A DNA stretch of 64,000 bases from Octopus bimaculoides (taxonomy: Eukaryota), in NCBI RefSeq assembly GCF_001194135.2, contig NC_068981.1:44870781-44934780 (forward strand). The letters run 5' to 3'. Below the pieces are notes generated by a model, which did not search any database, was not told the origin of the DNA, and saw only the letters and a program-made list of their open reading frames with translations. Below, one piece after another: positions 1 to 11,723 of this stretch; within the stretch, counting starts at the first letter, position 1, and the number at the start of each line of letters is the position of its first letter. The translations under genes were made by a program, and so were the position numbers.

Positions 1-334
1 TAAAAGTTTAAAAACCTTATGATATATATATATATATATATATATATACACGCATACGAGGGGTTTCCGAAAAGGTCTTGCCTTTAATCGTATCACGAAA
101 GGCCTGGATGGAGGGCCAACTTCCGAGTTCTTTTACAATGCTTAGAAAATTTCTGAAGCACTGTGTGTGACTCTGAGAGGGTAATGTGTTGAATAACATC
201 ACAATTAACAGATCCTCCAGTATATACTCTTACCCAACGCCAGGAAGTTTTCCGCACAGCTACGTATGTAGAAACACATGTTATTTTCGATAGAACATGG
301 AACAATGATGTCGGAGCTCGTTTCTACAGATGAA

Positions 335-428
335 TAAACTAAAAAAGTCTTGTTCCTGAAGACACCACACAAGCCGGTCCGGGGTTCGAAGTGTCTACCT
401 CATGGTTGTGAACCCGACGCTTGCCCAG
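335..428 (-). mobile_element. Decayed tRNA-derived SINE fragment (same family as 33901-34157)
   Basis: Resembles the head of the 33.9-34.2 kb SINE (gtcttgttcctgaagacac...ccggtccggggttcgaa vs gtttttgctcaagagcac...ccggtccaggaatcgaa). Confidence 0.5.
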
Positions 429-510
429 CATGTCAGGCACTGGGACAGAACCTAGAAACGTGTGGTTGAGAAACAAGCTTCTTACCACACACCCATGCCT
501 GCACCTATCT
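429..510 (-). mobile_element. SINE family B head fragment
   Basis: Reverse complement resembles the SINE head at 10932 (ggtgcaggcatgggtgtgtggtaagaagcttg...ggttctgtcccagtg) with A/B-box-like motifs. Confidence 0.55.
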
Positions 511-644
511 GCATATGTGTGTATATATATATATATGTATATGTATATACATGCAAACACACAAACGCACGCACACAATTATACATGTATACATATATGT
601 ATATGCATATATGTGTCTTTGTCTATGTGATTGTGCGTGTGTCT

Positions 645-790
645 TTGTGCATGTGTTGTTCCCCCATCATCGCTTCACAACCGGTGTTTGTGTGTTTACG
701 ACCCCGTAACTCGATGCTTTCGGAATATACCGATATAATAAGCATTAGGCTTAATAAATAAGTTCTGGTTTGGATTCGTTCGGCTAAAAC
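645..790 (+). mobile_element. SINE family B 3' tail (follows a TG-rich tract)
   Basis: Similar to 54891-55100 (ccccatcatcgcttcacaaccggtgtttgtgtgtttacgaccccgtaac...ataagttctggtttggattcg). Confidence 0.6.
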
Positions 791-814
791 AAAAGCATAC
801 GATAATGAAAGACT

Positions 815-950
815 ATATACATACGTACATACATACATACATACATACATACATACATACATACTTACATACATACATGCATGCAGGCAGACATTCATAC
901 ATACATACATACACACATACATACATACATACATACATACATACATACAT
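815..950. repeat. (TACA)n tetranucleotide microsatellite
   Basis: Direct reading of the sequence. Confidence 0.95.
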
Positions 951-999
951 AAAAACTCTCTCTAACAAACGCATGTGTACCTTCACACAACAGCACATA

Positions 1000-1882
1000 C
1001 GAAATCTGAACAATAAGTATCTGGGCTATTGCTATAGGAAGGAAACTAAAGCACGCAGTGTAAAACCGCATAGCAAAGTTTGACCTTGAAGCCTGCTGTG
1101 CAGGCCTACTAAGTTTTAACTTCCTCGCTCTCTTCCGCAATTTACAGCAGTGCTTGAAAGGAAGAAGTGTAGCGTGTGATCGTCGCATTGACAATAACAG
1201 AGAAAGTTGTCATGCCTGCTCAGCGACTTACGCAAAATTGCAGAAAGCGCATGGAGAGGAATGTATGAGCCGCATGCAGGTGTATAAGTGGTTCATACGT
1301 TTCCGGTATGGCCGAAAAAAAAAATGCTGATATTGACTAACATTCTTGGAGACCAGCAACCAGCAAAACTGATAAAAACATCGTAGATATGCGTGCAGCA
1401 GTGAGGGGAAATCGTCAAATCACCATCGGGGAGTTATCCGAAGGTGTGCAGATTAGTTACGCTTCAGTTCAGTCCATAATCATTGAAGATTTGTGTATGA
1501 GGCGTGTGTCTGCCAAGTTTGTACAAGTACTGCTTTCAGCTGACCAAAAGGACACTCAGGTTTCAGTTGCACAATATCTCCTTAATTGTGTCGGGAACGA
1601 TTAAAATTTTTGAAAACTTTGCGTAGGCCACTGAGCAAGTATCACCAAGCTTTCGGCAAATTTGGATGCAGATTCTCTTCTCACCTTTCTCTATCATGGT
1701 CAATACGACAATCACTCGCTACAGACCTTCCTTTCAAGGAATGCTGTAAACAAGGGAAGTGAGCTACAGCGTTAAAACTTACACAGCAGCGGTCAACGTC
1801 AATCTATGTGAAGTGGCTTAATTCTCCGTGCTTTAACTTCGTTACTATAGCAACAGTACTGATACTTCTTCATCAAAATACG
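1000..1882 (+). mobile_element. Mariner-family non-autonomous element: truncated transposase N-terminus plus an inverted second 5' end, TA target site duplications
   Basis: TA at 998-999 and 1883-1884. About 200-bp diverged inverted arms (1000-1200 vs 1690-1882). The + strand encodes ..YAKLQKAHGEECMSRMQVYKWFIRFR..and..RQITIGELSEGVQISYASVQSIIIEDLCMRRVSAKFVQVLL, a mariner HTH region with a SAK(F/W)VP-type linker. The catalytic domain is absent. Confidence 0.85.
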
Positions 1883-2739
1883 TATATACATATGTCATAT
1901 CTTATATTATCATGTCATACTTGATGAATATTTTCAAATATATAGACCTGTCAAATTATAAACATCACTTCATTCAGGGATATCTTGTAATGCATGTTTA
2001 ATGATAAATCTATATGAAATAATTTATCAGGTGAGCGAGTGTTGTATTTGTGGTCTCTGTTCACACTACTGAAACTATGTGGTAGTAAAATATTATGAGA
2101 AAACATAATTTCAGTACCACCTAAATTTTAGTACAATTTGTTCATTGAGACATCAAGATGAATGAAATGGAACTAGTAAATTATAATTTGGAATTATAAT
2201 TTCAGTAGCTTCAATATTACAAAATCGCTACTCAACGCTATCAGGGAGCATTTAGTGAGTAGCGAAAATAATGTTAGAGTGTGTATCTCAGTGTGAGAAA
2301 GAATGTATACAATTTCCCTGTCTTTCTGTGTTTACTTTACAAACTATGTTACTTGGCATTAGTTTAATAAACATAAAGGAAAATGCCAAGTTTTCGGATA
2401 ATTTTAAAAGAAGAAAACACCTACTGTTACACGGATAAGTATTGCTAAATGAGGAGAGCATTTTACATACTAACAAAAAAGAAGTTGCTCTTTCGTCTGT
2501 AGATGGTATGTGTAGAAAGTTTCCTTGGATTGTAGCAAGTATATATACAGCAGTATCTGTCTCGTTCTTAGTCTGAGAATAAGGCTAGTCGAAGAGAGAG
2601 TTTAGTGCCCATTTCTGCACTGATTTTATCAGGTAGCGCAATGTTCTTTGAGAAGCACTGGTGTTGATTCTGAAGATGTTTATTGGTTTATTGCCACATC
2701 TGTAGCATGGGATTTGCATGTGTTTTAGTTTCAGAAGTT

Positions 2740-3520
2740 ACATGAAAAGATACGGATTAACGAAAACACTCTATACAAATATGTCACATAAATACTTCGA
2801 GCAACGCAGCGCCATTTTAGGCTTCTGCATAGGCTTAGAAGACCAACCCAGTGGTGTCCAGAAGCAAACCGTATGTATAGCAGTAAAAGCATTTCATGGC
2901 ATTATTTCGTGACAAACCAGGAGGTATAGATAAAGCAAATAGATATATAGGGTGGAGTCGGCGATAAACGGATAGAGGAAGAAATATCGAAAGAGAGAAG
3001 CGGACAGCATCATAAGCCGTGAGAACAGGAACCATTTTGCTGCATGTAGTCCAGACGATGATGTTATTCGAAATGCTGGCCCCGATCGATCTTCAACAAT
3101 CAGTAACTGTTGAAGTACGTTTTCAGACAACGCGCTGGAAACGATAGTACGAAAACTTTTGGAAACCTTTTATACTCAGTTGAAGGGATATATGAAAATA
3201 TCACTATGTCCAACATAGAAAAAGAATACACAAAGAGAAATGTAGTAGCAGTGTCTAGTATGTAGTCATTTTCTGTCGGGTGTACATAGCACAAAGGATT
3301 TCGTCTTGGAAAAATATACCTTCAGTATATCCGATGGGAATGAGCTTATAATTGTAATGAAGTAAGCTCAGGTAAATTAAACCGGCATTCCAACTGCATT
3401 GATGAAGTTCGATGTAGCTAAATACATTAGCCTCAAATTTGTGTATTCAGAAGACTTGGGAAGCCATGTATATCACAAAAAGGAGTGATTAAAATAAGCA
3501 TTATATCAATTACACAAATC
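2740..3520 (-). pseudogene. Candidate decayed rhodopsin-class (class A) GPCR pseudogene
   Basis: One minus-strand frame with about 8 internal stops holds class A-like motifs in the expected order: TM2 TNLRLMYLATSNFINAVGMP (3442-3383), DR (TM3), TM5 FFLYPFIADSTLYI with P..Y spaced 8 residues (2983-2942), TM6 VCFWTP (2869-2852), TM7 VNPYLF (2761-2744). Motif-level match by eye only. Confidence 0.42.
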
Positions 3521-3552
3521 TGCATATTGTAGTGCGTTAAAATGTGTAATGA

Positions 3553-3553
3553 C

Positions 3554-3584
<31 letters not shown>

Positions 3585-3650
3585 GTAGTATTAGTAGTAG
3601 TAGTAGTAGTAGTAGCAGGAGGAGGAGGAGGAGGAGGAGGAAGAGAAAGG
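3553..3650. repeat. Compound (GTA)n(GGA)n microsatellite
   Basis: Direct reading; it explains the poly-T/poly-P and poly-V/poly-G ORFs. Confidence 0.95.
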
Positions 3651-4520
3651 AGGAATGAGAGAATCGTCTTGTCAGTCATTAGATCAATTAGTGTATCGAG
3701 ATGGATAAGTATGTACAAATGGTTTCCCAAGCGAGTGCTGACAGCTAATGCAGTATAAAAAGCCGGCAATATATTGTACTGGATTATCAACCAAAGCATG
3801 CGAATGCGAAATGATGGAGATAATGTATGAACACGGTTCAGGATCTTTTATGGCAGAGCATAATTATAGGGCTTTACGGTGTTTCTCCTTAGAGACAAAT
3901 TATTCTATTAAACAAGTCTGTGAAAGACAGAGTGGCTATCAACAAAACTGAGAACAATGTTAAGTATCTGGATCTAAACACGGCGTTGAAAAGAATGTGT
4001 ACAACACAAAAATAAAAATATCGCCGCTTTGGTAAACGGAACATTTGGCACAACACGCAAGCTTGTACCTAAGATGCTGAAAAATAAAGCATGTAATATG
4101 CAATTTCATCAAATACTAATTAGTATTCTGCAAAACATCTAAGATACCTTTCAGTGATTTTAAAAGTGATACTTTGAGTCCTTAAGAAGATATCCTTGCT
4201 ATTGAAATTAGCATTAAAATCTCGAATGATAATATGTGTCATTGTCTTGAAAAGCAGATTTGACCCATTTAACTGATTTTACATATTCAGTAGTTAACTC
4301 GTACCATATGTTATCGAACCTGGAGGGTTGACCATAATGGGTGTTGAACTTCAAAACCAAATTCCCGGAAGACATGAGCAAAGCATTATTTCTTTTTGCC
4401 AATGCTTAACATTTCTCTCCGCAAGACCCTTTCGTAATCATATATCTAAAATTGATAATAATGATAATGATGATATTTATGACGTTGGTTAAATCATGAT
4501 AAAATTAATTGTTCCAAAGA

Positions 4521-4735
4521 GGCGGTGTGCTGGCAGAATTGCTAGTATGCCTGGGAAAATGCTTAGCGTCTTTCGTCCTATTTTACTCTTTTAGTTCAAA
4601 TTCCACCGAGTCCGTCTTTGTCCTTCGATCTTTCGGCGTCGATAAAATAAGTACCAATGTGAGTCCAGGGGTTGATATAATGCGTTATTTCCTCGAAAGT
4701 GCTAGCCTTGTGCCAGAATTTAAAACCAATAGAAA
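4521..4735 (+). mobile_element. SINE family A copy (ggcggcgagctggcagaa-type head), decayed
   Basis: Head ggcggtgtgctggcagaa, B-box-like agttcaaattccaccgag, central tttcggcgtcgataaaataagtacca, tail ccttgtgccagaatttaaaacc. Confidence 0.75.
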
Positions 4736-4744
4736 TGAGAAATG

Positions 4745-4959
4745 GTTTCTAACCTTGTTGACTAGCGATTTTGAGATAGGTTGGGTTAGACGATTACATC
4801 GACACCCACCAGTGGTCAACTACTCCTTACTTTATTCGTACGAAAGGATCAAATGCAAAGTCAAACTCGGCAAAATTTTAACTCAAAATGTAAAGAATCG
4901 AAACAAACGCTGACAAAGATTTTTGCCTAACGTGTAAACTATTCCATCAGCTAACCACC
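4745..4959 (-). mobile_element. SINE family A copy, decayed, tail-to-tail with the previous copy
   Basis: Reverse strand shows the same modules (cgattacatcgac, gaaaggatcaaatgcaaagtcaaactcggcaaaattttaactcaaaatg). Confidence 0.65.
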
Positions 4960-6959
4960 CTTAGGACAATCGGGATACTATTAAGAACATCAATATTTGT
5001 AATAACCTCATTTCAAACACATGCCGTGGAAATGCGAGAAATACAAGAAAAAATAATTGGGTCTCTTATCGAATAACTATTATAATTTTTAAACTGAAAC
5101 ATTTAAAATACAAAATGTACATGAAGATAAGTAAAGAAATAAGAAAACGTTACATATATACGTAAACATCATTAAATGTAATCGATAAATATAAATCATA
5201 CATGACATGAACAAGAGTTAATTGTATCCTTAAAAATGTGTTTATATACGATCATTGATACTAATGATTTGTTGAAGTGCAAATCTAGATTTGGGTTATA
5301 AATATTACCTGTTCAACAACATTTAAACTATAATCGCTATGGTGTAATTCTACGCGAGAAAGAGCTAGATCAACCTCCCTCTAATTTTTGAAGGAATAAT
5401 TTAAAAACCCAATGTAATGTATCATTAGAAAGGAAATTTATAGTGACGTGTACAGAAACAATGGGAGTAATCAAAACGATAACATAAAATTAATATAAGA
5501 TCACAGCATATCAAGCAGTATAAGCAATATAAAGAGAACTGATGTTTAGGAGACAACGAAATCCAATAATGCCAACGATTGATCTAGATCAATTATTATC
5601 ACTATAATCATTGTTGTGAGAGAAGCAAAGAAATCAAAGGAACAACAATCATTAAGACCGAAACGCTATAACATGTGGCAAATAAACAAAATCGAGTAAG
5701 GTGTGTACTCAATGCAAATATTATTGATATATATGTGTGAGTGTGCGTGAATGTGTGTGTACGGGTGCGCGTGCATGCGTATGTGTGCGTGCATCTGCGT
5801 GCGTGTGTGTATGTATGTTGATGTGTGTGTGTTCGAGTGTGTGTGTGTGTGTGGGTGTCTATTTATGTAAGGAAAATATATGAAGAATCTGAAAATTTGC
5901 GACCTGAGATGCCTGCAGTCATACACATAAAATAAATATTTCGGTAACGAACAATTGCTTCGAAATGGAAAATTATTGACGTGAATTCTACTATCGCTGC
6001 GCAAACATTTCTGCTTCCTTTGCTAATCACTTTAGCACTTTTAGTTTTATAGTCGCATTCATCAACTAATTAATTACTTTTTGAGCTTAGCACAAAGGTT
6101 GCATTATTATTGCCTGATACTTCGTTCCCTCAATCGACGTACCTCAATTTTGTACCGCCCCGAAATTTTGCCCTCACATCAGTTTTCAAAAAGTGCATAT
6201 ACATGCAAACATTCAGACATATATACATACAAATATATATACACATACATACATATATATATACACATACATACATACATATACACATACATACATAGAT
6301 ACATACATACATACATTATTACGTACCTATGTTTGTCTCTCTGCATGTATGTATGTATTTATGTAAAATCCTGGTCTTGAGAGTGTAGCACATAGGAGTA
6401 TTTACCATTCAGCACTGAACCCGACCTCAAGGCTACTAACACGCTTGATTCTCAGGAACGATCGAAATTCTGTTGGTGTAAAACAATCTTGATATTACAC
6501 CAGGAAATGTAATGTATGCATCTAGCAAAGAGTAAAATATAATCATGATAAGAAGGCAAAACGTTTTGCACATCTTTAATTGCTAGTTACAATTGTTTAT
6601 GCACTAACCACTGTTTTTAATTCTCTTGCATGCAAGACATCTATGTAAATAATAATATTCACGATTTTATAGATCAGAAAGGCCAGTCACACAATGTGAC
6701 AGTTCAGTACATTAAGCTTGACAATATCAAGATGTAAAAGTGCCTCTTTTGATGCAAATCTGATGTAATGTTTAAAACCGGAATTATTGCGTAACTTTCG
6801 AGCGCAATGGCGTCAAATACAGAGTGTTACCGAACGAATTTGAACTGGTCATTAAATATGCGGCAAAATTCTTTTTGCCTCCGTATGTATGTAGAATATA
6901 TATATATATATATAGTTATGTTATATTTTGTTACGAACTTGGTAGAGTACAGTATAAAT

Positions 6960-8500
6960 CTCGTCTAACTGGTAACATCTATACTGGAAACACCACACTA
7001 TATAATAATTTCATTGGGACAGAAATACTTGACAAATACAAGCATACACCCAACAACACTTTAACTAATATAAACAACAAAGCGTATGAAAGGGTAAAAA
7101 GACCAGCGATAGTAGATAGGACAGAAACATATGTCGCAAGAAAACCTTCGATATACAATATAAACCAAAAAAAAAACTAATATGTCCATCAAAATCAGAC
7201 ATATGACTAAGCAAAATCATCATAGATAAGATAATGCCTGAATTAAAAAATTAAGATTGTACTTTCCTTTTGATCAAACACTCGGATGTAATAAGATGGT
7301 ACAAAAAATAGAAAAAACAAAATCACCAAATTTATACAATTATATATAGGTAACTACTACTCCAAAATTAACTGTATAATATTCAATAAAGCATCCATAT
7401 TTGCAATGGATGCACCTTACTACAATGAAGCACTACCTAGGGCCTGGTATAAGGGACAAAAATCAAGTTCACACCTGGTGAAACCCTAAACAATACTGAT
7501 ATCCACTTACCTAAAGTGGAAACACACATGAAAAACGACAAACACATAACAATAACAACACAAAAGCATAACACACAATAGAAAGATAGGGAAAGAAAAA
7601 CAAATATATAACAGTTATAGCAAAAGTGGAGCACAAAATGCCAACACACAAAAACAGGCTAAATTAACTAACCAAAAACGCAGAAATTCCGATTGCTTAT
7701 GGTATAATTCAGTTTTCGGATTGCAAATATCATCGGAGATGGATAAATATTTTCTTGGAGAGTTAGATAATTGCTTTCCTGAAACACATAAATCCCGTCG
7801 TATTTTCAACAACCACACAGTGAAAGTATCGTACGCCACTTCCATCAACACGGAGTAATACATACGCAAATACAACAATAAAAAATATACATGCAAACAA
7901 CGACCACAGACAAGGAGCAAACAGGTCAAAACAACGCAGGGTATAGGAACAATTAGAAAATAAACACAAGGGTCAGGAAAACATGGAAAGCGACCCCGAC
8001 AATTATAATAGGATCCAAACAAAAACTCAAAACAAGAATCATCAAAACAGGCAATAACACCAAGAACACTTCAGGCACTGCTAATCAACCGCAACACCAT
8101 AAAAACAAAAGCCAAAAGTCACCAAATAACTACGAAAACAATAATAGCGCAAATAATTGCAGCCGTCGCAAGGACTCTCCATGTCAGGTCAGGAGGCATT
8201 ACATGCAAAAACCACGATATACAAATGCAATCACCACACCACAACATAAAGACACATACATAGGAGCCTCCGAAAACCAATTTAAGGTCCGTTATCGCAA
8301 CCATATCTCCTCTTTCCGAAAGATAAGCCGGTCACACGCAACTTCGCTAGCGAGTGTAATATGGAGATTAAAAGAAGAAAAACTACAACATGAAATAGAA
8401 TGGTCAATAATTAAAAAAATGCACACCCATATAATCTATTATCCGGTGTATGTGAGTTGTACCTTGAGGAAGCATTGTGAATTTTCTTAAGTAACGATAA
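6960..8500 (+). mobile_element. Penelope-like element remnant: RT N-terminal part, internal RT deletion, thumb region and GIY-YIG endonuclease
   Basis: Frame-broken motifs: KLICPSKSDI..SKIIIDKI, FIQLYIGNYYSKI, APYYNEAL, FLGELDNCFPETHKSRRIFNNHTVKVSY. ORF 8203-8490 has YIGASENQFKVRYRNHISSFR..TSLASVIWRLK..IEWSII, matching PLE GIY-YIG consensus. Confidence 0.85.
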
Positions 8501-8717
8501 CTTGGTAGACAAGCATGTTGATAAAATCCCAGGATGAAATCACTGCGCCAGATTTGCATTTTCAAGATACAACACTGTGACAGAATAATAATAAGTCTGT
8601 AAACTCTCTCCCTCTCCCTTTCCCTACCATCCATGTGTGCGTGTGTCTGGCTGTATTTCTTTATATGAGTATGCGTGCCTGTCCGTGTGCTTAGTATGCA
8701 TGGATAAATGTATCTAC

Positions 8718-8780
<63 letters not shown>

Positions 8781-10931
8781 AACGCGAACGCATGTGTGTA
8801 TGTATGTGCGTGCGTGTGCATATATGTACATATATTTGTATATGTGTATGTTTGAGTGCGCGTACATATGTGTATCTGTACGTATAGGCCGTTTCTTAAA
8901 TGTCCAACCAACCATGAAGAACTAATCAACAGTACAAAGAAATCAAATGCTAATACATCTCAAACGGCAACCACTCTCACAGAAGCAGAATCACTATTCC
9001 ACTACGCTTACACTTTCAAAGCAGTTTGCCAACGTTCCTTCAGTAACAACACACCTTGATAAACTTAGTTGCTACTATTTAATCAGGCCACAACAAACAG
9101 AGAGGATGTTCTTGAAGCTGAGATTTTGAACTTGTGGAGATCATATTTACATATTGCCTGAGGAAACACAGCTAGATCTCATAATCTAGGGAAACGGTTA
9201 CATAATCAAGTACTTGCACGTCTGAAGAACAACTTTGCATAGAAACAATTGTAGTGATTTTATAATAAATGTTGAACCGTACTCCTACTTGTTGACTCCA
9301 ATTTTTAAAAAAAATATACACACACACATGCCGATTTCTGTTAGTTAAATTATGTTTGTAAAATATTTCAACATCTAAAGTTAAATTCACTGTAGTTACC
9401 ATGAAGATAAATTTCTTTCTTATGGTGAAAATTGTAACAAAAATACATATCTGTTCACTGTTACCGTCTATGAGATTACCTACCAGACGCTTCAGTATAC
9501 GCTGAAATCATTTTCCTTTGATATTACTGGATCTAGACATTCACTTAAACAAAATTTATAGAGGGTGAACTCTAAAATTTTTCATGAAAATATGCTGTCA
9601 TACTTACAAACAATGGAAACGTACAAGAAACTATAGACACAGATTAAGAACACATATTCTTCATTACTTTTGACACTTATTTCATATGTCTGCACGAAAT
9701 TAGTTTTCCATTTTCGTGTATGTGTGTATTTGTGTCTGAGTGAATGTATAGAAAATAAAACAGATATATAACAAAAATAGACACTTTTGTCTCCGGCATT
9801 AATCAACATTTGAAGGTAATTACTCTTCCAGTAATATTTTTAACTTTGCTTGTATATGTATGTGCGTATCTGTATTATGTATGTATGTGCATGTTGCATT
9901 GTGTGTGCGTATGCGTGTTGCACTTTACGCACTTGTATGTATCTATGTAAGTATATATACGCATGTTTATATTTACTGTCATACATGTATATAAATATTC
10001 ATCGATGTATGTGTACATAAATACATACATATTCTGATTTTCATTTAACTTCAAAGGATATTTTAAATTTTTTAGTGTATAACTCCTGTGATATTATGCT
10101 AAGCATAAGAATTAAAAATGTACAAACGCGTTTGTTAATATCGTTTTTAATTGAAGTAAATCAGTTCAAGGGAAGCAGAAGTTGAGTGATGGAATAAATT
10201 ATCTGAGTGAAATGATACGAGATAGACTTGAGCTAATTATGTTCGAAATAAAAAATACGACTCATTGTATAAATGCGTATAATTCTAAAAAAAAAATTCG
10301 AACAAAAAAAAATAATGTAAGGGGAACCAAATAGTAAAACAATTTCATCTATAGAATTATGTGTTTGTGTATAAGTAAGTGGTGTGTTTGGGTGTGCGTG
10401 TGTGCGCGCGCGTGTGTCTGTGTGCAAGCATGCGTGATGGTGTAAAAGATTAGGCTTGTGTGAGTATATGTGTTGTTTCTGCGTTTGACAATGTGTGTTT
10501 TCTGGTCACGTCTGTAATGTCAGGTTGCAGAGTTTATACCCTACACCTCAGGTAATTTGCCGTGTGTGCGAGTGAGTATTGAAGCGAACAAATCCACGCA
10601 AGCGAAGGACCGTACAAACCTATTGTGCGTACGCACAAGTGAACAAGGGATAGGTTGTGATACGGATTTCTGAGTGGTTATACATATTTTGCATGTATTT
10701 CTCTCTGTATATATATATNNNNNNNNNNNNNNNNNNNNNNNNNNNNNNNNNNNNNNNNNNNNNNNNNNNNNNNNNNNNNNNNNNNNNNNNNNNNNNNNNN
10801 NNNNNNNNNNNNNNNNNNNNNNNNNNNNGTGTGTGTGTGTGTGCGTGTGTGTGTGTGTGTGCGTGCGTGTGTATAATATAGAAACTATGTTACTTGCATG
10901 AAATACATTCTTTTGTTATATACACATAATA

Positions 10932-11065
10932 GGCGCAGGTGTGGGTATGTGGTAAGAAATTTGATTCCTAGCGACATCATTCCAGGTTCAGTCCCACTGC
11001 GTGGCACCTTGACAAGTGTGTACTACTACAGCCTCCGGCCGGCCACAGTTTGTGAGCGGGTTTGC
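10932..11065 (+). mobile_element. SINE family B head with CORE-like segment
   Basis: ggcgcaggtgtgggtatgtggtaag...ggttcagtcccactgcgtggcaccttgacaagtgtg: tRNA-like A/B boxes followed by a ccttg(g)gcaagtg-type motif. Confidence 0.75.
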
Positions 11066-11723
11066 TTTTATACGTGCTTGTACTTAGATTCTTCTGTAAC
11101 AGTTTTATGGATTCTTCAAAAAACGTAAGTGTAAAATACGCGAGTGTGAAGATGTGGATATATTTGTGCGTATATCAAATAGAATTCTACATGTATCTGA
11201 TTTTATTGGTTGAATCTGTGTTTGGGTGGGTTTACATTGTTGTAAGTGCGTCAAACAGAGGAATTTTGTGGATATGTACCTGACGGGTTGGGTCGCGTAA
11301 ACTTCAGTCGACTTCGTGTTTCACGTTAAATTTCTACATATATTGGCGGCCATATGTTAAGAGCGATGGAGATTTCATGTTATATATGTTAGAGGTTTAG
11401 AGATTGTAAAATGTATCAAAATGGGGCAAATATATATATAGTACCAGTTGTCATAGTGCACAACACGGAGAACGGCAAAGTTAAGCTAATACAAACATTC
11501 GGAATTCCTGGTTACAGTAGCCAGCAGAGAAAGAATCGTAAGAAACAGACGTGTTTGATGCAAAGCCAGATATGACAAGAAAATCACCCGCGATGATATT
11601 GAGAGATTTACATTTGAATGAATGAATCAAATATAGAAATGGAGTGAGCCCTTGTGTCGTGAAAATGTTCTAGTGTTTTTAAAGCAGTGATATATATACA
11701 TACACATGCAAGAAGTATATATA

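Noticed and set aside
2735-2870. Plus-strand exon-like segment (ttcag ... CC|gtatgt) encoding SYMKRYGLTKTLY..
   Set aside because: No recognisable protein and no partner exons; it overlaps the antisense GPCR-like motifs.
3690-3800. NILPAFYTALAVSTRLGNHLYILIHL, a TM1-like GN motif upstream of the first GPCR candidate
   Set aside because: It is far too distant from the TM2 motif even after subtracting the microsatellite; a closer N fits better.
4214-4402. ORF with SSGNLVLKF, faintly CUB-like or Cys-loop-receptor-like
   Set aside because: Only a few residues match, there is a stop just upstream, and no supporting motifs.
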